Assembly (NCBI GenBank): GCA_002811645.1
Contig: PDIP01000009.1
Coordinates: 134,150 to 197,204, forward strand
Source: Corallochytrium limacisporum Hawaii
Lineage: Eukaryota > Protista > Pluriformea
Length of the DNA stretch: 63,055 nucleotides
Direction: 5' to 3'
The notes under the pieces: generated by a model
What the model saw: only the letters and a program-made list of their open reading frames with translations
Database searches by the model: none
What the model was told of the DNA's origin: nothing
Shown here: positions 53,101 to 63,055 of the stretch, piece after piece
Layout of the letters: every line of letters begins with the position of its first letter
Numbering within the stretch: position 1 is the stretch's first letter
Position numbers and translations under genes: made by a program

Positions 53101-56100
53101 CACACTGCGAAAAGAGTACAGTTTGCACACTGACTCACCACCAGTTGCACCCTTGTGCCTCCCACGCATTGGTAGGTAAATAGTAGGAAGGCGAGAAGTC
53201 AAAGACCTCTGGAAGAGCGTACTGTTTTCTCGGACCTTCAGGGCTTGCTCATACAAAATACCTGTACACTCACCGGCGTCTGCAATGACTTGATAATCTA
53301 CGTGGGAGGTGTCCGTATGCGTGGGGGTGGCAACCCCTGTCCCTTCTGAAAATTTGTCGCCGGTAAAGCTATTAATTCTGTTTGCTTCTGTTCTATGTCA
53401 AATAGATGATGAATTTCCGAATGAAATGAGTCCTGTTCATCGTCTAGCCTTGTCGCTTCGTCATGTTCTTGCTCTTTTACCTCAAACTCAGCAATATCGA
53501 GCAATTGAAATCCATCCAAAACTAAACCACCCACACAAGATACATTCCATATCTACAGGAATTAGATACAATGCTATTATAACAAAGTTCGTACCAGTGT
53601 TTGGGTATGCGATCAGTAGAATTATACCCAAGCGCCTTGGGGACATCCCTTCTCTGTACCCAAACATGCTGGCTAGAGATCCAAACACAGCAGGTGCCCT
53701 TTAAGTCCGCGAGCGATCAACGTGGCCCGCTGCCTCTTGATCGGAAAGGTCATGTTCCCCGGTGCACGCTCGCAGTACATCCAGTACAACTCTATTTGGG
53801 CACTGTATTGGGGGCTCCTATGGACCATCGCCAATCGGGAAATTGTATTCCACAGGAATTGTTTCTCTATGCTCCGACGTACTGCACGGGAAACGACAAG
53901 GAACACTTTTTCCTGACGAAACACCCCCACATAAAGATTACATTCGGGGTTCTTATATATTTACCGAACGGTTGAACGAGGGGAATATATGCTTTGCAGT
54001 GTCATTTGATCGGGGGATGCAGAGCCCCTCGAGGCACAGTGCCCGCCCAGAACCGGCTCCTTCCGATTTGTGCAAGTTCACTGTCCATATTCACTCTCAA
54101 TTGCTTGACAGACAAGTATTAAACTCTAATTCAAATAGAGATCTAGTTTTCGCACATGGTCTTTGGGCATTCGATGCTGTGCTATATTAGAAAGCACAAG
54201 CCTATGGCAGCAAACACGATGCGTTTCAAAATCTGTGTAGAACACCCAGTAAAACTTCCAAATAAGCGGGAGGCGACAGGCGGGAGCCGAGAGGTGCCTT
54301 CCGCGCACACGAACCCTTAGTTCGCTGAACTCGGTGCGCTCCCTCCTATCCTATTGGCTTTGCTACACGAAAGCAAAGAAGATCCAGAGTGTGGGTCCCT
54401 GCACGAGCCAGGGTCGGTTTCGTTGAAGGAAAATGAAGAATGTCGAAACACATGGTTTACCTTCGATCTTGGGCCGTTCCAAGTCTGTAATGAGCACACG
54501 GATATAGAAGGAGCGAAAAAAAAACAATACAGTCTCGTTGACTGCCAGAGTGATGAACTGCTTGGGCGGAGGGTGCTATTTGCGGATCTCTTTCCACCAA
54601 TCCACACCTGGTGACGGAGACGAAACCCAACGAAACCAGTACACCTACGACCGTTACCAATCAGTCCTTCTCCTCCCCCTTTCCGTCTATGTCTTTGTTC
54701 TCAGCTGTCAAACCGGCTTCTCTCTGCCCCCTCTTTTCCCCACGAAGTCAGCCAAGTCGGTGCAATCGACCCATCCGCCCGCGCACAAAAATCGGTATTC
54801 TTACTCTCTGGTGCTTCCGCTGGCTCACTGGTTCTCTACCTTCTACCTCGGCTGTCCGTCCATTGCCGGGTCCCAGAGTCTCTAAACCCGCAAGGGTGGA
54901 CAGTTTGTATGCTGCTTCGATTGGGGGAGGGTGCAAGCTAGGGTTCAGCTTAAGTCACAACAAGATCCTTGGGGCTCCACAGCATCCCATGCACCCGCTG
55001 CGGGGTGAGGACGTCTAGAAAATGGGCGAAGCCTGTACTAAAAGAACTGCAGCGCTGGTGTATGATGGTATGGACCATCGTCTGCTCACTCCGCAAATAG
55101 TCCCCGATGTCGCATCCATGGAGCTCGATATTCCCTCGACGCTATCGTGATGATGCTGGTGCTGCATCTTATGTGTTTGGGTGTGCACTCCCGCGGTCTT
55201 CCTTGTAAGTTTTGCTTTCATGACAAACACTTTCTGAGTGGTAGTTTATTTCTCAGTTTCGACGGGGAGAGAGAACGCTCCCGATCGAGCCCACAAACCC
55301 GCGTCAGAGCCACTCAACCATAGTCGATCTGGTTCACCCTTTCTTTCTGAACTTCTTTCCTTCCAGTTTTCGTCTTACGCGGCCGCAGTGTCAACACTTC
55401 GAGTTGCCAACGGGCCTTATTTTTAGGACCAGTAACCGAAACCGCTTCGCCACCTTGCCCACATCACCGGCCTCGAGATATCCAACTAGGGATCGTCCTA
55501 CGATCCAAGAGAGTTGTCCAATCCCACATTTTCTTCCTGGAGATTTCTTGTTGAGACCATCCCTAGTTTGTACCAGTAGCAATAAACAGCACTTAGTTCC
55601 CTGGCTATATGCCGTCCAGTGTCTGTGCGGTCGGTAATAGTCAGACGCAGAACCACTGTGGGTAAAGCATACGGTTCTCGCGATGTACGGTCTTTGTTGG
55701 CACTGGTCTCTGTGCGTTGGTTCGATACGGATTCTTCTCACCATGGTATTCCGATCGAAGTTATGGCACTATCGCCGATTTTTTGCCTCTCGTGGAGATG
55801 GCACATAAACTACGGGTTTTGGGAACTGACAGATCTTGGCACCAAATTGCATAGTGATCCCGATTGTTGATCTGCAGGGCGCCACCATGGTGCAGAGCTC
55901 AGCCTTATGTGAAGAAAGCAGAAATTACGTACACTTTATGGATGGCAGGCAGAGCTCATTCCCTGTCAAGAGTAGGAGGTAAAAGTAAGAGGCGTAAGTC
56001 ATATGTCGTTACCATTGTGTTCACAAAAGGTCCGTCCTAGGAAACTGGTACTTCCTGCTCTGACCTTGGAGTGTTGTGTGCTTGCAATGTACTGCGCACT

Positions 56101-58798
56101 TCGAAGGAGTAGTGAAGAGCGAATGGATAGTAACGCGAGGAGAGTTCCTATCGGTTCAAAGGCCGGTTCACCAGCAGCACTCTGTTTACCGCAAGCTTCA
56201 CCAGCATAAACAAAGTGCACAGCTAGGTGCCTGGGATTTGAACTGAAAATATTTAAATAAAATAATGAATCAAAAATATATTTCCATTTCACATCAAATT
56301 TAATCACAGCAGCCTATGAATTTTATGTCCGGATCAATCGTGCAACACTCAAAAATGGACTCCTGATCGATGTGGACAGACGAGTCGATTGTTGCCACTG
56401 GGTTTGTCAATGGGGACCTCTTTCTGAACGCTTGCTTGTGTCTTACAAGTGCGGACATCCAAGCATGCTCCTGTCTCCCCATCCAGTAGCAAACAGTGGC
56501 GGGTCCCTAGTATGCGGCAAGCCCGTGTTCTCGCACCTTAGAAGCATCTTCAGCTCTCCGACCGCCACCGATACCCTCGCAAGCACCTAAAAATGTTTGA
56601 TGTCATGTAGGTTGCATCAGATTCACCACCCTACGTACGAGCGCGCATTTCAGGGTTCGAAGAAATCACTACGTCAATGAGCGAGTCCAATTAAATCGAG
56701 TTTCAAATCCCTCTGTGCATGTCCAACCCACATCATACGTCCTTCCCCTTGCCATCATCATCGTCACATAACATCGCGCGTTTCTGATACACTTTAAACC
56801 GCAATGTACACCGTGTCAGATTTTCGCCATTCAACATGCTCGCTCTAGGTCCGGCTGGAGTAATAATAGCGCACAGGCATCCCACCCTAGCGAGTAGTAA
56901 GTGCCCATGGACAAGGCGAGGCGAGGTGGAGCCAAATGGGCCAGGACTCTTGGAAGCCGTAGGGGCGGGTGTGTATCGTATGGGTCCGTCCCCCTTTTCG
57001 TGTCTATTGGGGCCCCCGCCTTGGACTGCAGCCCTCTTTGCTGACCCCTAATCTTTTAAAAAAACGACCGCCTACCCTTTTCATCCTCCTTATTTCCCAT
57101 GAAGTCCGCTGACATGTCGGGCCATGGTGCCCAGTATTCAAGGTAATGCAAGATGAATAAAGAAGATGTACTGGGTGATACTACTGTCCTACCATCTCAC
57201 TAGGTGAGCTCGCGAATTATAGTGGTAAGATCCAAACATACATTTAATACACAAATGGTTTGTGGAAATGAGCACATCAAGGCACTACGTACATCTTAAC
57301 TCGGTTCATCATCAGGAACGGGGAAAGCCGAGCCAAGATGTCAGCAGACATCAGCACAAGTATGAAGAATGCCCATGTCCAATGACACACAATCCACAAT
57401 CAGTCCATTACTTTTGCATCATGGTGGTGACTGATGCGTTCCCTTTTCTGCAGGTTGGTAGCTTTAAAAGTTCCTCTGTGCCCGGGTTCTCCCCGAAACG
57501 AGAAACTTTTGGTCGTGTGCGCAGCGGGGATGTAAGGGGGGGGAGCAAAAGAAAGTCGTAAGATCCAAGATCCACACCAAAAGTCGGAGCACAGTGTGAG
57601 TGACGCAGAACTGGTGGGTGCTGCTGCGGGTGTGCTTTGCATTGCAGCAGTTTGACAGTGCTTGTAGACTCTTTGGGTGTGGTGTGTGGAAACAGTTCCG
57701 TTTCAGCTGTCTCCCGTGCCTTCGTATGATGCTGCTTTGCGTTTAGATGACTCCGGTGACTTTGCATTTCGCACACAGTTTTGTGCTCAGCAGTTCTCGC
57801 CAGTTCACGGGGTCGTTGTGATCTTTCCCACCCTTACCCCCGTGGCGCTGTGAGCCGTGTCGTGAGGATGTACGCACACACCGGGACCCCGTCAACGATG
57901 CCAATGCATTCATTCAATATACATGTCCCAGTTTGATAATCTTGGACCATTGATGGGAAAGTCCCGGACAAAAACCCATGCTCCGCTAGCACAGAACCAA
58001 ACTCTAATGAGAAGCTGAAGCAATCGAGGACACCAACTTTTCTTATGGACTTATCCAACCATTGCGTTCCAAATATATACCAAAGCCTTCCTCATCTCCC
58101 ACTTCCGAAACCCCCGCCAAAGGAGACGGAGATTTCTTGTTTTAGCTTTCGCAGTTTGCGAAAATTTCGATGTGTTTTCCTCCGTGTCTTTTTAGTTCCA
58201 TATTTTTTTATTGTATTTTCCATTTCGTTCTTGTTCGATGGTTTGAAAATGAATTGCTCTTCTGCGGGGAAGATCGGACCCCTCCTCTCCCCAACTAAAA
58301 AAAAACAAAAAGAGAAGACCTCTTTCTCGCTCTTGCAGGAAAGTTTCTTTTGCTCCTTAATAAAAATGACAGAGACCAATTTTTTTTTTAGCGTTCTCAA
58401 GCGCATTGAAGTTCTACTTTAATAACCCCCCCCCCCGCTTCTACGCCTCGCTCCCGTTTCTTCCCAGGCGAGACCGGGAGACAAACGACAAGCCATTGCA
58501 ATGGGAGAGAGATCACGCGAGTAGAGTTTCCCTTATTTTTTTTCTGTATCCTGTATTTTTTTCCTTTTTATCGAATGGTTTCCATACGACACCACCTTTG
58601 GAAAGATATACTCTGTCGGTCGGTTTACAAGGAACTAAGGTGCGCACCCTAGACCTTCGCTTTTTCATCCGCATCCCTGGTCATGTCTAGGGTTTCATAA
58701 TAAACATATTGTCAGTTTCCTATAATTCTGGATTCGTATTAATGTGCGTATTCTATAGCAAGCATTGGTCATTTAATCGCGGAGTGAGGTAGGCAGAA

Positions 58799-58843
58799 AG
58801 AGAGAGAGAGAGAGAGAACACGCAGAGAGAGAGAGAGAGAGAC

Positions 58844-58896
<53 letters not shown>

Positions 58897-58905
58897 CAGG
58901 GAAGG

Positions 58906-58971
<66 letters not shown>

Positions 58972-58985
58972 CAGGGAAGGCCGAG
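58799..58985 (+). repeat. (GA)n microsatellite with a duplicated 20-bp interruption
   Basis: Long AG dinucleotide array with GGGAGGCAGGGAAGGCCGAG at 58891-58910 and again at 58966-58985. Confidence 0.97.
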
Positions 58986-61246
58986 CCACTCAGTACGCGC
59001 GCTTTGGTCCGGAAAAATCTCAAGCCAGCTCTGAGTGTGATGCAGCGAAGATGTCGTTCGATCATGCATCCCACATGCATCCACCCGCTGTGGATTTTGA
59101 ATCATGTGTGGAAAGCATTGGGTAAACCCCCTTTACATTGATTATGAATAATTGGTGCGATGCCTGATGGAATACTGATGGCGCCTCCTGCACAACTCCG
59201 GCGACCACAACTTGCCACATGACTGCACTGTTGTTGGTGTGACTCATGTCCGTTCTTTGCCTGATCGAAGAGGATTGGTTTGTATGTGATGCACATCGCT
59301 TAACTGATGGAACCCAGTGCTACAATTAATAAGTTGGAAGGAGCTACAATGAGCTCTGAGGTCCGCGGACAATAGGGGGGCGCGGGCTTTGCAATTTGAG
59401 CCAGGGCAATAACCCATCCTACCCTCACAGGTTTCTTGCTTACGGATTGTGGATTCGTCTTCGCAAGTCATCCACTGGCATCGTAAATCCCAACGGGAAC
59501 TCTACACACTCTAGCTGTTCCCTTTATAGATCCCTCACTATCGCAGCATGACCCAGAGAATCAGATGATATACACTTTCCTTCATCAATGGGATTCCATT
59601 GACAAGCTCCTCCCTCATCCGGCCCCCGTCTTCTTGCTGTCATTTTCTTCGTCGCAGCGACACCAGAATCTTGAAACTGAAATGAGAGTGCTCAAGGCTA
59701 TATCGCACATTACACTCTGCGCAGACCAGCCCAGCCCGTCTGAGGGTTGTCTTCGTTGGCGCTTCCCTATTCGTTGTCCTATTTGCATTTGCTTCAAAAA
59801 ATGAGTATTTATCAGAACGATCATGTTTCGCAAAATGATAAGGGCAGTTTTACGGGATCCTCGGTTCCAAGTTCGTGCGTGCCGTGAGAATCGTGTTTCG
59901 GTGGGGCAGCCGAGAGCATATCTGCCGCCCCACTCCAGCACAGGAGCAGCTGACCTGCGGGACAGAAAAGGAAACTGGTACTCGACTGTGTGTGGCGTGT
60001 CTAGACAGTGCCCTGCAACGGTGCTAAATCATCGAAACTGTGCACCTGTACACGAAATGAAGACTCCGTGGAGTACTCCACTGAGTCGAGCGCAGTGGGA
60101 AATGTCAAAATGCTTGACCCGTTCGACAGAGGAGAGGGGTGGACCGCGAAACCACAGGGATACACAGGTAACTCTCTGTTCTGGTGAGGTCAGCAGCTCC
60201 GACACACTGCTAATGCTTCTTGCAGCCATCATCTTTTGAGTGAATGGTCCGCAGGCGCAAAGGTGGTGTTCATACACAGATGACAAGGGTACTCTGAAAC
60301 ATTGTGTGGGTGTCGTTTCGTCCTGTTATCCAAAACTTTAACTGGGGCCTGAAGAATTCATTGTCAATGTTGTCCGGAAAACTCAAGAACATCTCCGACG
60401 CGGATCAATTTGACGCTATCCCATCCCTCACCACACACTAAAGAGCCCAGAAGTTGAGCCGGCCCCTGGCGCAGACCACTGTCAGAGTTCGGTTCTCGTG
60501 CCGATTCAAACCAAATGTGGGAAGGGGGGGGGGGCTACAAGGTCCCGGTCGAACATCTAAACAGACAACAATGCATCAATAGGGAGTAGATGGCGCTGCC
60601 TAGCGGGTGACGGGCCTGTGGTATCTGATGAACTTGTAGTGTGGCTCAGTGGGTTTTCTGCGTACCCGGTTGGACGGGTAAGCCCCGGACCTGAAAGTCC
60701 AATCTTGGCACAAGAGTCACCACCAGGGGTGCTACTGGTAGATGACCCACTACACACCAAGTGAGATCACAACAGAAAGACGACCATGGATGGTGGCGCC
60801 TCTGGGAAGTATGTCTCGGGCTGGAGAGTGCTTGCGCAGAGGCCAACCGTCGGCTCATAGGGGCTGTATGGGAACGGCTCCTTTTGTGACCGGTATGTTT
60901 TTCCTCCCTTGTAGGCTCTGTCGCCGCACCTCTAGGGGAGGCAGGTTAGGCAGCGCCGCAAGCCATTGGATATGGAGACCGGCGCACACCATCCCCTTCC
61001 GCAGTCTTCCCTCTCTCTACGGTGGTTGTGTGCCGTTAATTACCGGGAGGAGCGCGCCCCAGTCTTAGAGGGAAGAGAAAGGAGCAGAGACCCGCCCTCT
61101 GAACCCACTCCCCGGCTGTCAAATCTTTACGCGGACAGCAAGTTCAGACTACCACCTTTTCACGTTTGGGAGTTAAACGGTAGGTGCGGAGGGAAATATT
61201 TCTTTGTGGCTCCGGTGCGACCAGCGATACTGAATGTACCGAGACC

Positions 61247-61549
61247 ATGAATGTGTTGCTGATGCCGTTGCTGATCCTAGCCGTATTTTTCCCAGGAACG
61301 CCTATATTTGCTATAATAACAGGGCAGCAAAACCTGTGGTCAACGAGAAACGAAAAAGACGTTGATAGTTCCTTTCCTTACCCACCCCGTTCGAGTACAT
61401 ACCCTCCGGCTGGTATAGTGGGAGTATACGGGGCGGGTGATGGGAGTCAAGCAAGTCGCCAGGACGTGGGATTTGCAATATGGTACACACCGGAAAACGT
61501 TCCTAACGCGCCACTTGGTCGAATGGCCTCCTGGGTATTTAAAATTTAA
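61247..61549 (+). CDS. Possible small secreted protein (100 aa), perhaps extended to 61879 by splicing
   Basis: ACCATGA start and a hydrophobic N-terminus (MNVLLMPLLILAVFFPGTPIFA). The downstream ORF 61649-61879 is in the same frame. Confidence 0.3.
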   Translation: MNVLLMPLLILAVFFPGTPIFAIITGQQNLWSTRNEKDVDSSFPYPPRSSTYPPAGIVGVYGAGDGSQASRQDVGFAIWYTPENVPNAPLGRMASWVFKI

Positions 61550-62192
61550 TTTTGTTCAGGAGGAATCAACATTTGTGATAGATCATACCAAAGCGATAAG
61601 TCCGTGTAAGAGAAATTAGATAGAAAGAAATAAAACCAGGTCAATTCCATGCAAAGCAGCACTGATACCGGACGTCATCTTACCCTAGATGGCACTGGCG
61701 GTCCGGATCCCATTCAGTCCGAATTCGACGAGCACCCCATTTTTTCTGCATACCACCAATTTTACAGCTTTTTTGCCAACAAGAGTGAGGCAGCTGCACC
61801 CGCATCATCCGTACTAGGCGACTCCATCTTCCAATGGTACCATACGCTATATACCCATCTAACTGGTGGGAACCAGTAAATTAGAAACGTAACTTATCAT
61901 CTCATGTGAACACAACGAGTAAGACATGTTTAGTCCATTGAACCTATGAAATAAAGTATTTAATGAACGTAGTTTGCATTTCAACTTAGCCAACCATACA
62001 ATTTAACCAACCACGATCCACAGCTTGTTCCAGTAAGTACGCAGCTCGCTTTCCAACGCCGTGTGCATGCATGTTTGTCTGTGTTGGATTCACAATATGT
62101 GTCTATGTCACAACCGTTAGGTATCACGTTTTTATTTTCTGTAACAAATCTATGTAGTATGCATCATATTGTAGACATGGGCGCGATTGCGC

Positions 62193-62624
62193 TTATTCTT
62201 GGTCTGCTGTCATTGGCTCCAGGACATCATGGAGCGGACTCTGTGCATCGACTCCAAGATCATCCATGCTCCACAAGGCACTCTCCAAGCCAGGAGATCC
62301 CCAGGTTAGGGACTCCACTGTGCAGTCGGACTCGATGAGGGCGGTGAAGCCAGCATCGGCCTGTTGAAGCCGGAGGGGCACTGGCGGGGGAGACGGAACG
62401 TCCTTAGGTTCCTGGAAGAAGGACGATGGTAATGTTGCCGCATCCATTCCATAGGGAACAAGCGGTAAGGGACTAGGCTTGGTTTGTTGCTCTGATTGCT
62501 CTGACTTCTGTTGCTCTGCCTGGAGCCCGGAGGATGTGCCCAGCACATCATCAATGTCTGCACAGTCGTGCATCAGAGCGTCTACTTGTAGCTCCAGGAG
62601 AATGTTTTGAATCTTCACATCCAT
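62193..62624 (-). CDS. Hypothetical 143-aa acidic protein
   Basis: GAAATGG start context, protein-like acidic/Pro-rich composition, and a G/C-tract island upstream (62970-63055) as seen for other genes here. No homolog recognised. Confidence 0.55.
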   Translation of the reverse strand: MDVKIQNILLELQVDALMHDCADIDDVLGTSSGLQAEQQKSEQSEQQTKPSPLPLVPYGMDAATLPSSFFQEPKDVPSPPPVPLRLQQADAGFTALIESDCTVESLTWGSPGLESALWSMDDLGVDAQSPLHDVLEPMTADQE

Positions 62625-63055
62625 TTCATCTAATCGCTTAACTTCGCGGTGCTATTTGGTTCCTTCGTTGGCACTTAACACAGGTGCCACAGGCTGCTCA
62701 TCGACTACTTTTTACTCAAATAGCGGGGAACAAGCTGCGAACAAAGATCCGCAGCCAGCCGAATACATTTATCCATCGATCCGTCTCAAACACCTGATGG
62801 GCCAGGCATAAACTACACCAGTCACTCTATGCATAAGGTCGTTACAGCACACTTTTCCTACCGTGCCTTCCAAACACAGTCCGGCGAGGGAAGCTGTGGA
62901 CCGCCAGCGTACAATAGAGAGGAAATGGGGCTAGTTCGTGCTTAGAACCGGTACTTGGTACACCCGCGCATCAACCGTGGGGGGCCCGTCCCCTTTTGTT
63001 CTCCCCGTCTTCCCCCCTTAATCCCGCCCCCCCTCCCCCCTTTCCTCTCTACTTC

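Noticed and set aside
53298-53568. Acidic minus-strand ORF preceded by a possible CTAAT...CTGTAG acceptor
   Set aside because: It has no ATG start, its A/T-ending codons differ from real genes here, and I found no partner exon.
58753-59105. ORFs encoding SLSLSL repeats
   Set aside because: These are translations of the GA microsatellite.

Overview
Eukaryotic nuclear DNA, gene-dense and almost free of introns. About 27 protein-coding genes lie in 1-50 kb, followed by about 11 kb without any recognisable gene upstream of a KLF/WT1-like zinc-finger transcription factor. The gene set combines animal-like genes (RAB14, MUL1, NUDT9, MGME1, UVSSA, FAM177, CCDC171-like, KLF) with prephenate dehydratase, which animals lack. 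This points to a unicellular holozoan; an intron-poor lineage such as Corallochytrium would fit, but that is inference only. I found just two well-supported spliceosomal introns, in RAB14 and in an ABCC/MRP transporter; both have GTAAGT donors and strict branch sites. Several ORF-track entries start at GTG/TTG or at an upstream in-frame ATG, so I moved starts to the likely ATG. Main highlights: (1) a 3-hydroxyanthranilate dioxygenase built as a fused tandem duplicate, with the dead cupin first (the reverse of animal HAAO) and two rubredoxin-type Cys4 sites; (2) a three-finger transcription factor mixing KLF and WT1 features, next to a long non-coding tract; (3) two retained introns that appear to sit at ancestral positions and share a TGCATGCA element; (4) an approximately 87-aa Ser/Arg-rich insert before NBD2 of the MRP transporter; (5) head-to-head pairing of mitochondrial genes. 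I recognised no rRNA, tRNA, CRISPR array or transposase. All homology calls come from motif recognition by eye, not from database searches.
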